A stretch of DNA of 63,837 nt, filler included, from Octopus bimaculoides (lineage: Eukaryota): the NCBI RefSeq assembly GCF_001194135.2. It is 6 parts of 6 records of this genome, joined end to end, with 100 filler letters (N's around TTAATTAATTAA, not from the genome) between each part and the next. Parts side by side here need not be neighbours in the genome. Positions count along the whole stretch, not along the records: positions 61,441 to 63,837 come from NC_068984.1; 5 more parts are not named here. One strand, 5' to 3'. A program made the translations under genes and the position numbers. Below the pieces are notes generated by a model. It saw nothing but the letters and a program-made list of their open reading frames with translations. It searched no databases and was not told where the DNA came from. Positions 63,594-63,837 of the stretch are shown here, piece after piece. Positions within the stretch are counted from its first letter, which is position 1; the number at the start of each line of letters is the position of its first letter.

Positions 63594-63669
63594 GGTCGCT
63601 TAGCCTTATGGTACAGAGAGCTTAGCTGGAAATTTGGGAGGTCCGGGTTTCGGTTCTCCTAAGCGGCTA
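63594..63669 (+). pseudogene. Stand-alone tRNA-like sequence (probable tRNA pseudogene; CT-GGA-AA loop)
   Basis: 76 nt; acceptor stem GGTCGCT/AGCGGCT plus A, A-box-like TAGCCTTATGGTA, variable loop AGGTC, T-loop-like TTCGGTT; D, anticodon and T stems pair poorly. Confidence 0.5.
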
Positions 63670-63763
63670 ACTGGCCACGTCCACCATCGCCACCACCAAC
63701 ACTACATACAACCACCACCACCAACAACAACAACACTACATACTACTATCATCACTCACACAG

Positions 63764-63809
<46 letters not shown>

Positions 63810-63837
63810 GGTAGAAGCCGCTTATTATCATCAGGGT

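Overview
Eukaryotic genomic DNA: AT-rich, saturated with microsatellites and heavily gapped. Repeat content and density resemble a coleoid cephalopod (Octopus-like) draft assembly; this is inference from pattern recognition, not a database match. I can support no confident host protein-coding gene, rRNA or CRISPR array, and almost every long ORF in the supplied track is an artefact of microsatellites or N runs. What is supportable: many copies of several tRNA-derived SINE families (working labels A-E), decayed DNA transposons (two mariner fragments, one TIR-bounded Tc1/mariner, one pogo/Tigger), decayed LINEs (RTE, CR1/L2, L1/Tx1-like, an REL-type fragment), a cluster of TTAA-flanked MITEs, a foldback element with ~125 bp arms, two degenerate tandem arrays and a stand-alone tRNA-like sequence. 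Five identical 100-bp gaps containing TTAATTAATTAA are artificial joins, so long-range order is uncertain. Best leads: a degenerate hammerhead-ribozyme-like motif (22062-22109), several built-in dsRNA structures (foldback element, inverted SINE pairs), a ~210-bp-period array of paired CRE-like palindromes, and a 126-nt candidate exon with one in-frame TGA. None is demonstrably a new biological system from sequence alone. Coordinates are read by eye and approximate at element edges.
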